From a virus: a stretch of 64,000 bases of DNA. Shown piece by piece: positions 33,804 to 48,222 of this stretch. Every line of letters begins with the position of its first letter. The first letter of the stretch is position 1. Location of the stretch: IMG/VR virus record IMGVR_UViG_3300029258_003681. One strand, given 5' to 3'. The translations under genes and the position numbers were made by a program. The notes beneath the pieces are model-generated. The model saw only the letters and a list, made by a program, of their open reading frames with translations. It was not told the origin of the DNA and made no database searches.

Positions 33804-35125
33804 TGGCTCTTTTTTCCGATCCTGTAGCGCAGGCTATTATCACCGATCCCGACAGTGGGGACGAGTGGAAATGGACGGCGCCGGAATATCCATTCCTGAT
33901 CGGATGCTCTCTTAATTATCAGCGTGGGCGTATTGCGATGTTCACTTTGAGTTTTGATGTCCCTTATGATTACGGCCTTGAAATGATGAAGCTGCCGAGT
34001 CCGTTCAAGCAGGGGAACCTGGTCAAGGCGAGGATTGGATATGGGACTGGCTTGTGGACCCCGTGGGCTGCGGGCTTTTTGAAGGCGGGGGGTGATGGCA
34101 TCACTCTTGATGCGAACGGTCTTTCTGGCCAGATCTCTGTGCAGGGTGTAGCTGAGAGCTATGGGTACACGGTGGATAAGGAGCTTCTCCGCAAGGCAGG
34201 GTGGGATCCTGTTGCGATTCTGTCTGCGTGTGCGGAGGGTATGGGCCTCAAGCCGATTATTTCTGCGGGGTCCAGCTCGGAGTTGAGTGCCTACAAATTG
34301 ATCGGTGATCGGCGTGGGAAGGCAATACGGGAGAAGACCTTTGATTTTTCCAGCAGTCTGCTCAATCTTTCATATTTCGAGGTTGTGAAGCGAATTTGCA
34401 ACGATTGGAATCTGGTTTATTGGATTGGTCCCGAGGTGGGATCGGCCGATCCTGGCAGGAATTTGTTTGTTTACACGCCAGCGGAGACGTCAAAGGGGGT
34501 CGATCAGGATGCGAATATTCGTACCTACATGATCAGGGGTGTTATTGACGAAGCGAACTTGACCTATCCGTGTTTTGCGTGGAGCCCCGAGGGTGATGGT
34601 GCTGTGGCGTGGCTCGCATCGCAGCCTGATTCTGCCGCTCATGGCGTAGATATAGGCTGGACGGATACGGACACGGGCGAAATTAAAGAGGATACGATAT
34701 CTCCCAAGGAACAGCCTGTGGCGATATGGGGGGTAGTGGCTGACGATGATCCAACGGACGTGAATGTGGATGGGATCAAAGGCGATGAGTCCAAGGCGGA
34801 CGGATCGAAAGGTGCTTTCGCGAGTATGCCTGTGGCTTCTGGGGGCGAGGAACGTCAGAAGAAGCAGATGCAGCATCGTCAACGGCAGGGGAATGCTGCC
34901 CAGCGTGGGACGATTACGGCTCTTGGGATTCCTGACGAAAGGGCTGGGAATTTGTGCAAGTTGCGCGGTGCTGGCGGGATATACGACGGCACTTACGAGG
35001 TGGATAAGGTGACCCAGGTTTTCGCTCCAGGAAGTTGGGAGATGACGTTGACTGTGCATCGCGAGGGTCAGGTTCTCAAGACGGGTGAGCAAGCGGAAAC
35101 ATCAGAGGGGCAGATGGCGTCATAA
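33803..35125 (+). CDS. Baseplate hub (gpD/gp27-like)
   Basis: Synteny; C-terminal GIP..RAG....L.G.G..YDG.YEVDKVTQ. Confidence 0.8.
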   Translation: MALFSDPVAQAIITDPDSGDEWKWTAPEYPFLIGCSLNYQRGRIAMFTLSFDVPYDYGLEMMKLPSPFKQGNLVKARIGYGTGLWTPWAAGFLKAGGDGITLDANGLSGQISVQGVAESYGYTVDKELLRKAGWDPVAILSACAEGMGLKPIISAGSSSELSAYKLIGDRRGKAIREKTFDFSSSLLNLSYFEVVKRICNDWNLVYWIGPEVGSADPGRNLFVYTPAETSKGVDQDANIRTYMIRGVIDEANLTYPCFAWSPEGDGAVAWLASQPDSAAHGVDIGWTDTDTGEIKEDTISPKEQPVAIWGVVADDDPTDVNVDGIKGDESKADGSKGAFASMPVASGGEERQKKQMQHRQRQGNAAQRGTITALGIPDERAGNLCKLRGAGGIYDGTYEVDKVTQVFAPGSWEMTLTVHREGQVLKTGEQAETSEGQMAS

Positions 35126-36105
35126 TGGTTGCTGGAAAAACCAGGGATGCGCTTCAGATGATAACCGACCCGATCGGGTGGTTGAAGAATGTCCTTGCGG
35201 ATATGACGAGGGGACTGGAGTGGTTTGCTGGGCGTTACTACGGCCTTTACGACGGGAAGGTAATAGACAACGCGGATCCCGAGGGGCGCGGGCGTGTGCG
35301 CGCTGTGTGCCCTGCTATACGGCTCACGAAGGCGGAGGATGTCAGCAATGACTTCTGGATGTTGCCTTCGATGCCTGGTCTGGGGACTGATCCTGAAACG
35401 GGTCAGTCTACAGGGGTTTTCCATCCGCCTGATGTAGGGACGAATGTTTGGGTTATGTTCCGATATGGAAACCCTGAGTTTCCTGTTTATATCGGCGGCT
35501 TTATGACGAAGAATAATGCGTCGGATACTTTTTCCAGTGAGGATGCGCTGAAGAAGGGGATTCGCACGAAGACTGGTCATTACTTGCGGATGAATGATGA
35601 TCCCGAGGATTTGAATTTGACGATCGGGCGTGGCGACGGTGATGGTGTGGAAACGCCAATGTTCTTGTCGTTTACGAAAGAGGGCCATACGATGTTGACC
35701 AATATCCTCGGGTCGACCCTCTATATGAATGGTGAAAAACCTGAGACAACGTTGATGACTGCTAACGAGGAAGGCCAAGTCACGGCGATGCTTATGCTGG
35801 GGGATGACAAGATTACTATGGCAACGAAGAGTGGAGGTGCCTACGGGATCAATGGAAAAGATCATACTGTAACTGGGGACAACATGATCGCGGATTGTTC
35901 AAAGGAGTTTGTGGCCAATTCGGGATCTGTTAAGCTGGGCAAAAATGCGATGGAGCCAGCGGTACGAGGGATGAAATTTATGCAGTGGAGCTTGTTGCAT
36001 CAGCATACGGTTGTGGTTCCAGCGCCTGGCTCAATAACTGGGCCAGGGCCGTTGCCTCCTCCGATGCTGTATAATGAGCTGTCGGAGAAAGTTTTTGTGG
36101 CGTGA
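35125..36105 (+). CDS. Baseplate central spike (gp5/gpV-like OB-fold)
   Basis: GKVIDNADPEGRGRVRA, PPDVGTNVWVMF..G.PEFPVYIG; C-terminal HQH apex motif. Confidence 0.9.
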   Translation: MVAGKTRDALQMITDPIGWLKNVLADMTRGLEWFAGRYYGLYDGKVIDNADPEGRGRVRAVCPAIRLTKAEDVSNDFWMLPSMPGLGTDPETGQSTGVFHPPDVGTNVWVMFRYGNPEFPVYIGGFMTKNNASDTFSSEDALKKGIRTKTGHYLRMNDDPEDLNLTIGRGDGDGVETPMFLSFTKEGHTMLTNILGSTLYMNGEKPETTLMTANEEGQVTAMLMLGDDKITMATKSGGAYGINGKDHTVTGDNMIADCSKEFVANSGSVKLGKNAMEPAVRGMKFMQWSLLHQHTVVVPAPGSITGPGPLPPPMLYNELSEKVFVA

Positions 36106-36108
36106 AAA

Positions 36109-36471
36109 ATGACGAGTAAGTGCAAAATACCGACGCCCCCTCTGCTCTCGCTAGCAATACCTATTCCTGCGATTCCGTTTGGGATCCCACCGCTCCCTAC
36201 GTTGCCATCGTTGCCCGATCTTCCGTCCATTCCTGGGATCAGCCTTTCGCTTCCGAGCTTGTCTCTGGCGATACCGATCCCTGCGATTCCGTTTGGATTG
36301 CCCCCACTTCCAAGTTTGCCGTCGTTACCTGATATTGCTGGGATCAGTCTTTCGCTTCCGAGTTTATCGTTGGCGATACCTATTCCCGCGATTCCATTCG
36401 GGCTTCCGCCGTTCCCGAGTCTTCCCGAGTTGCCCGAGATCCCGTCATGTCCGTTGGATGCGGCGGCATAA
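36109..36471 (+). CDS. Proline-rich protein with three internal repeats
   Basis: LSLAIPIPAIPFG[IL]PP[LF]P x3. Confidence 0.65.
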   Translation: MTSKCKIPTPPLLSLAIPIPAIPFGIPPLPTLPSLPDLPSIPGISLSLPSLSLAIPIPAIPFGLPPLPSLPSLPDIAGISLSLPSLSLAIPIPAIPFGLPPFPSLPELPEIPSCPLDAAA

Positions 36472-36477
36472 AAGAGT

Positions 36478-36493
36478 GCGAACTCCAGTTCGC
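36478..36493. repeat. Dispersed palindrome GCGAACTCCAGTTCGC
   Basis: Intergenic; extends to TGCG...CGCA. Confidence 0.85.
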
Positions 36494-36507
36494 AATGATA
36501 GGATAGA

Positions 36508-36945
36508 GTGATGACAGCAGTGAACCAGGTCCCTTCTGTATTGAATTCAAAGATTGTGTTGAGTCTAAAGTTCCCTTTCCAGTTGGGGTCGACAGGGTTT
36601 CCTGAGATGGCTGATCCGAAGAAGGTGACATTTTATCACATCACCTCATTGCTCCTAACTGCAAAAAATGAGAGAGTAATGAATCCAGACTTTGGGGTGA
36701 GTATTCACTCCTACGTCTTTGATAATTTGACGCCGATTACAATGGCACGGATTTCGTCTGTTGTGTCAAGGAGTATTGAAATGTGGGTGCCAGGGGCGCG
36801 AGTGGAAAAGGTGGTTCCGACAATTCATAAGAATGAGGATGGGACGCAGTCTACGATTATCCTCGATATTCGGTACCGAGTGGCGAATCAATCGGTGCAG
36901 ATGCAGGTCCCTGTTCCAGTAGGGACGATTCAGGCTGCTGCATAA
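36508..36945 (+). CDS. Baseplate wedge protein gp25/gpW-like
   Basis: LLLTAKNERVMNPDFG, IEMWVP. Confidence 0.9.
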   Translation: MMTAVNQVPSVLNSKIVLSLKFPFQLGSTGFPEMADPKKVTFYHITSLLLTAKNERVMNPDFGVSIHSYVFDNLTPITMARISSVVSRSIEMWVPGARVEKVVPTIHKNEDGTQSTIILDIRYRVANQSVQMQVPVPVGTIQAAA

Positions 36946-36955
36946 GGAGCGGTAA

Positions 36956-39211
36956 ATGGCAACGGATCCTTATAATCCCCTGGTACAAGATCTCGTTCCT
37001 CTGAACGAGGTGAAGTATGCGGCCAGGGACTATCCGAGTATTTTTGACTCACTTCTCCGTCGTCTGAAGGTTGAGTACGAAGGCGTTTACAACGACTACG
37101 CGACTACGACGCAGGGCATCATGTTTGTCGAGCTGATGGCTTACGCGACGGCGCAGTTGCAGTGGTATTTGGATCGTACCGCGAGTGATTGTTTCCTGGA
37201 GACTGCGCGCACGCGCGCGGCCGTAGCGCGGTTGGTCAAGCAGATCGGCTACAAGATGGGGGCTGCGGCAGCGGCTTCGACTGTCCTTACGTTGACTTTC
37301 CCTGATGGTACGACGGGGCCGTTTGTGATGCCTGCGCGCTGGCAGTACCAGGGGCCTGATGGGTTGATCTTCGAATCGTATGCGGCTTATAACCAGCCAG
37401 TGGCGTTGGCTCCTGGGGCGACAATCAGTGTTCCTGTGCGACAGGGTGAGACAAGGCTTCTTAGCTACACGGCCGACGGAGAAAAGAATCAGCAGTACCG
37501 CTTGACCAATATTGGTACAGATCGATATCTCGGGGACGGTACTGTAGATGCATGGTTCGACGGTTCTCTTTGGACGGAATCTGAATTCCTGGAGTTTGAG
37601 AAAACTAACCAGTACGAGGTTGGCTACAACGACGATCCTCCGATTGTGCAGTGTGGGGATGGGATTGCTGGGAATATTCCTCCTGTCGGGGCCGATGTTA
37701 AAATCCGTTTTCTCATCATTGATGGTGAGAAAGGGAACGTGAAGGCGAACACTATCACCTCCTCCATTGATTCTTTGTTGATCAGTGGCGAGGAGGTGAC
37801 TTTCACAGTTACGAATGTGGAAGGTGCGACGGGCGGAGAAGAGCCAGAGGATCCCGAGCGGGCCAAGAGGCTGGCGCCGTTTGCGTTTGCCGCTCGTGGT
37901 GCGGCGATCACTGAGCAGGACTACGAGGCGCTCTCAAGCAGTTATACTGATCCGACCTATGGCTCGGTGGCGAAAGCATATGCGTTCAATCCTCGCACGG
38001 CCTATGATGATGTTGTTTTTAACGGATATACCGATCAGATTGAGCAGTATCTGGATAACTATCTGAATGGTGGTGGTTCATTCACTGGCATGATTGCGCT
38101 GGAGGCACAGCTGAATGCAGATGCTGTGGCGTTATCTCCGTTGATCACGGCCATGACTTCGGATCTTGCAAATCTCGAAACATTACGTGGGGATTTGGAG
38201 ACGCAAGTAGGGACATCTCTGACGCAGACTGCGACGGCGAAATCGTCATCATCAACTGCGGAGGCTGCGGCGGATCTTTCTGTTTCTAATTGTGCCGACG
38301 CCAGTCTGGAGCTGAACAATCTAATTACGTATGTCCAGAGTCTTAGTTTACCTGCTGGTGAAGAGGCTGAGATTATTCGTAGGATCAATGTGGCTCTTCA
38401 GTCTATCGGGTTGGCGAGTGATAATTCATTGGCTGCACAGACGGCTGGCGGGACTGCTGCGACAGCACTTGCAACGACGATTAATGACTTCCTGAATCCT
38501 GCGTATGAGTCGATTACGGTGGTGGCGACGGCGCCTGCGTTTTCTATTCCATCTATCATCGCGGATATGACGGCTGATTTGACGGCGATCACTGATCTTG
38601 TTGAGGGGGTAGGTGGGTTGCAGGCTCAGATTGCAGCCATGGTTGGAGAAGCCCAGACTTTGGAGGATCTCATCCTTCCAGAGCTGGTGTTGATGCATGA
38701 TCGAATTGGGGAGTTGTTCGATGCGGATTGTATGAGTAATTATGTGCAAGTTCCAATCTTGAGTCTTGATGTGGACGGTAACTATTCAGCTCCTTCTGTT
38801 GGGTTGATGACGGGGCTCCAGACTTACCTGACCCAGATCAAGGAAGTGACGCAGCATGTTGAAGTAATTGATGGTAGTTCGATTCTGGTGCCTGCCGCGA
38901 TAGCGATCCTGTTGGAGGTTAACAAGGATGCGTATATCGAGGCGGAGGTTGTTTCGGATGTGGTTGCTACAGTTGTAGGGATGCTGAAGGGTCGTGACTT
39001 CAACGATCCGATGTACTTATCTGAATTGTACGAAAACGTAATGGACACTTCGGACGGAATTATCCGCGCGAATGTTGAAATTACTGGTCCCTCATTGATT
39101 CCATCAGTTATTGATAATGAGGGCAATCTGGTGCCTGCTCCGAATCAGGTGATTGTGTATGGCTCTCTCTTGATCACTGACAAGGACGGGAACACTTTGT
39201 ATCCGAGGTAA
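36956..39211 (+). CDS. Baseplate J / gp6-like wedge protein with helical insertion
   Basis: RDYPSI, FLETARTR, GDGIAGNIPP, GGEEPED, RAAITEQDY pattern. Confidence 0.85.
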   Translation: MATDPYNPLVQDLVPLNEVKYAARDYPSIFDSLLRRLKVEYEGVYNDYATTTQGIMFVELMAYATAQLQWYLDRTASDCFLETARTRAAVARLVKQIGYKMGAAAAASTVLTLTFPDGTTGPFVMPARWQYQGPDGLIFESYAAYNQPVALAPGATISVPVRQGETRLLSYTADGEKNQQYRLTNIGTDRYLGDGTVDAWFDGSLWTESEFLEFEKTNQYEVGYNDDPPIVQCGDGIAGNIPPVGADVKIRFLIIDGEKGNVKANTITSSIDSLLISGEEVTFTVTNVEGATGGEEPEDPERAKRLAPFAFAARGAAITEQDYEALSSSYTDPTYGSVAKAYAFNPRTAYDDVVFNGYTDQIEQYLDNYLNGGGSFTGMIALEAQLNADAVALSPLITAMTSDLANLETLRGDLETQVGTSLTQTATAKSSSSTAEAAADLSVSNCADASLELNNLITYVQSLSLPAGEEAEIIRRINVALQSIGLASDNSLAAQTAGGTAATALATTINDFLNPAYESITVVATAPAFSIPSIIADMTADLTAITDLVEGVGGLQAQIAAMVGEAQTLEDLILPELVLMHDRIGELFDADCMSNYVQVPILSLDVDGNYSAPSVGLMTGLQTYLTQIKEVTQHVEVIDGSSILVPAAIAILLEVNKDAYIEAEVVSDVVATVVGMLKGRDFNDPMYLSELYENVMDTSDGIIRANVEITGPSLIPSVIDNEGNLVPAPNQVIVYGSLLITDKDGNTLYPR

Positions 39212-39214
39212 GAT

Positions 39215-45106
<5,892 letters not shown>

Positions 45107-45120
45107 GGGGAGAATAGACT

Positions 45121-48100
45121 GTGCCTGGACCAAGTGACTCCAATAGTTATGGTTTTTTCGGACAGGGATACTGGGGTCGAAAGGTCTTCTGGGAGAAGAT
45201 TCCTGTTCAACATCGCGATCTGGATACAGCGGGTCATTTAGAGGGTCTCTTGAGGACGTGGGGGGACGAATGTGAGTCGTTTCTTCAGCAGATTTCCAGC
45301 CTTCCTCGACAGCGGGAACCGTATGAAGTCCGTGCACGCGAGGGTGAGCAGGAGTGGTTTTATTTCACTGAGGCATTGGAATATGAGGATGACTTCTGGG
45401 GCAATGTTATTCGTTTAGTCGGTGAGAAGCTCTATGCTGATATGCCGAACCATGACGAGGATGATACGCCCACGACGGATGCTGATGAGCTGGCTGAATG
45501 GTGGGCGTGGTGGCCATATGCTCCGATTTCGAAGATAGCTCGCTGGTGGGATTGCACATGGGCAGATGTGCCATATCACGTTGTTCGGGTACGGACTAGG
45601 AGTTTTGATTGGCCAGAAACGCCTTATGCAGCGGCCACATCTCAGGCGAACGAGGTGTGGTTGAGTGGCGGCGATCTTCGTATTTATTTTGATTATTTTT
45701 CGGATAGTGTTGTCTGGCGTGACGATTGGACAAGTGTTGGTAGTGGAGATGGTTCTGCGACGCCTGATATTGGGTTTCCGTATCTCCCCGTGCGGCTTGA
45801 GGCTAATGATACGGGGGCGGCTCCTTGGTTGACTGCAAATGCGAAAGTGCGAGTGCGTTTGGATCTGGTGACGGCGGGAGAAAACATTGATCTTTATGAC
45901 GTTCCTGATGGGACAGCGACAGAGACTGGAAATCTGTATCCTCAGACGATCGCGGCTACGAACACGGGCGCTACGATCAGCTTTGCGTTCTCGGGTAATG
46001 TGGTAACGATCACGGATACTTCATCTCCGTTTACAGCGGGCATGGTGGGTAAAACGATTCGGATCACTGGCACAACTTCTAACGATGGTGTGTTTGTGAT
46101 AGGGACCTTTATTGATGCTCAGAACGTCACATATACAAACGCGAGTGGTGCTGCTGAGGCGGGAGCGGTAGGAAATACTTGGGAGGTTGGCTCGGGCATA
46201 ATCAATACGGCGACTTCCTACGGCACTATCAATTATCAGACGGGAAAAGTTGTCCTCAATACAACGGGCGACACTACTGTGCCAGGCAGTGATATCGTAT
46301 CAAAGTGGTATGTGCGGGGATATTACGTCCCGTTTTATCCCCCGAGGATTATCGATCGGTTGGCGCGGGACTTTGGATTTGACAATGACAAGAACGACCC
46401 CGAGGATGTGCAGCGGTCAACGATTGCCAATATTACGAAGTATCATGGATTGAAAGCTACCCAGGATTCTTATCGAATTAGGGGGGAGATCAGTCTGTTT
46501 ACCGTGCATGCGCGCGCGCTATGGTTTATGTGTGACTCTGGCCTGTGGTCTTCTTTGACATCGGAACATCAGTTTTCTTATCACGGTGAACTCTATACAG
46601 ATGTGGATCCGCGCTATCTTCGTTTTGATGATATCGCTGCTGATCAGGAGTTTTGGGATCCAGATAGTTCTTCGTGGGAAACGTTGGTGGACAACGCCGT
46701 GATGTATGAGGATAGTTCGACAGATGGTTTTTCGATCGCTTTGGGTTATGCTCTGGATGTCACACAGGGGTCCTACGGCCGTGTGGCGCCCCCTCCTCAC
46801 CCTTCCTCGGCGACCTTGAGGGATGCGGCAGGCGTGATGTCTGCGGCGCTCCTGACGGACGCTGAGGCCCTTTCATACGGTTTTGAAGCTGGCTATCGTG
46901 TGGTGGTCCGCATGATGCGGTGTCAGGAGTATGCATTCAATTGGTCTAAGGGGCCGTTCGGGATCACCGAATATGATAAGGCGGCTGGCGTGGTGCCAGC
47001 ATTGGCTGATCCAGTTTTTTGGATTGATGCTGTTGAGGTTCCGTGGACTTTCAAAACTGCTGGCCCCACAATTGATGAGGATATTGGGGAATGGACCGTT
47101 ATTGTTGGTGTGGGCAAGGACTCTTCTGGTACTCCTTATCCGGGTCCGACAGTTGGTCATGGCGATATTATCGGGGTGAACACAGGGACGCGTACTTTTA
47201 CGCTATATGGAGATCACACGAGCACGATCCAGCCTGGCGAAACGGTGTCCGTGATTCGGTCAACTGGGAATGATGGATCTTATGTTGTGGCGGCGGTCAC
47301 TCTGGTTGGCTCTGATACTGCCGTGCAGGTTGTTGGCGTGGTTCCGAGTGCGGTTGTTGATGGCGAGATGACATGGCTTGATGCTGCCGTTCGGTATTAT
47401 CCTGCTGTTGATATTGGGAATTGTTGTTTTTGTCGATCCTATAAGATGCGGGTGGAGATTGAGCCGACTGCCGATGCTTATGATTTCTACGATACGAATG
47501 CGAAGTTGGATGCGGCGATCGACAGGATAAAGAACAAGATTGCTCCTCCGAGGGAGGGAGGAGTTGCGCGGCTTCGGTCTTCTATTATCCCTGTGCATGC
47601 GCGTGTGGTGGATTGGGCGATTACGAAGAGCTGGACCCTGGAGAATGTGTCCAACGGTAATACGATTGACGAAGAATTGATCGGTGAATTCTTGTCTGAT
47701 GATCTTGCAGATGTGAGTGATGTGAATGTGGGCGCCAGCACTTTCACGATCAATGGAGATCAGCGGAGGCATTTGGTGGCTGGCGAGGGCATTAGTATAC
47801 GAGGGTCTACAGCGAATGACGGTTGGTACACAATCAACAGTGTTACTCTGAATGCGAACGGTGAGGATACGGACGTGGAGGTGACCACTCCGATTGCTAG
47901 TGCGGTGGCCGATGGAAGTCTGTATCCTCTGCCGACGAAGATTCTGATGACGGTTGATCAGCGCGGAGATATGGGTGCTGCTCAGACGCAGCAGATGACA
48001 GTGTATGACCAGGTGGGCGCTGTGGCTTGGACTAAAACTGAAACGACAAATGTAAGTGATCCTAATACGTGGTATAACGTAGTGAGCGATGTGGATTTGT

Positions 48101-48219
48101 TGGCGGTTGGTAACCCAATTGGCAACAATTCTCCTGTCAAAATTGAAGCGATCGATACGGGAGGAATCACATACGGGGATGTGCGGTTCACCTTTACTGT
48201 TTCGAAGTATTCGAGGTAG
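45121..48219 (+). CDS. Baseplate wedge (gpI/gp7-like) protein with inserted beta-domains
   Basis: IDRLARDFGF, YHGLKATQDSY; segments similar to sheath insertions; GTG start. Confidence 0.7.
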   Translation: MPGPSDSNSYGFFGQGYWGRKVFWEKIPVQHRDLDTAGHLEGLLRTWGDECESFLQQISSLPRQREPYEVRAREGEQEWFYFTEALEYEDDFWGNVIRLVGEKLYADMPNHDEDDTPTTDADELAEWWAWWPYAPISKIARWWDCTWADVPYHVVRVRTRSFDWPETPYAAATSQANEVWLSGGDLRIYFDYFSDSVVWRDDWTSVGSGDGSATPDIGFPYLPVRLEANDTGAAPWLTANAKVRVRLDLVTAGENIDLYDVPDGTATETGNLYPQTIAATNTGATISFAFSGNVVTITDTSSPFTAGMVGKTIRITGTTSNDGVFVIGTFIDAQNVTYTNASGAAEAGAVGNTWEVGSGIINTATSYGTINYQTGKVVLNTTGDTTVPGSDIVSKWYVRGYYVPFYPPRIIDRLARDFGFDNDKNDPEDVQRSTIANITKYHGLKATQDSYRIRGEISLFTVHARALWFMCDSGLWSSLTSEHQFSYHGELYTDVDPRYLRFDDIAADQEFWDPDSSSWETLVDNAVMYEDSSTDGFSIALGYALDVTQGSYGRVAPPPHPSSATLRDAAGVMSAALLTDAEALSYGFEAGYRVVVRMMRCQEYAFNWSKGPFGITEYDKAAGVVPALADPVFWIDAVEVPWTFKTAGPTIDEDIGEWTVIVGVGKDSSGTPYPGPTVGHGDIIGVNTGTRTFTLYGDHTSTIQPGETVSVIRSTGNDGSYVVAAVTLVGSDTAVQVVGVVPSAVVDGEMTWLDAAVRYYPAVDIGNCCFCRSYKMRVEIEPTADAYDFYDTNAKLDAAIDRIKNKIAPPREGGVARLRSSIIPVHARVVDWAITKSWTLENVSNGNTIDEELIGEFLSDDLADVSDVNVGASTFTINGDQRRHLVAGEGISIRGSTANDGWYTINSVTLNANGEDTDVEVTTPIASAVADGSLYPLPTKILMTVDQRGDMGAAQTQQMTVYDQVGAVAWTKTETTNVSDPNTWYNVVSDVDLLAVGNPIGNNSPVKIEAIDTGGITYGDVRFTFTVSKYSR

Positions 48220-48222
48220 AAA

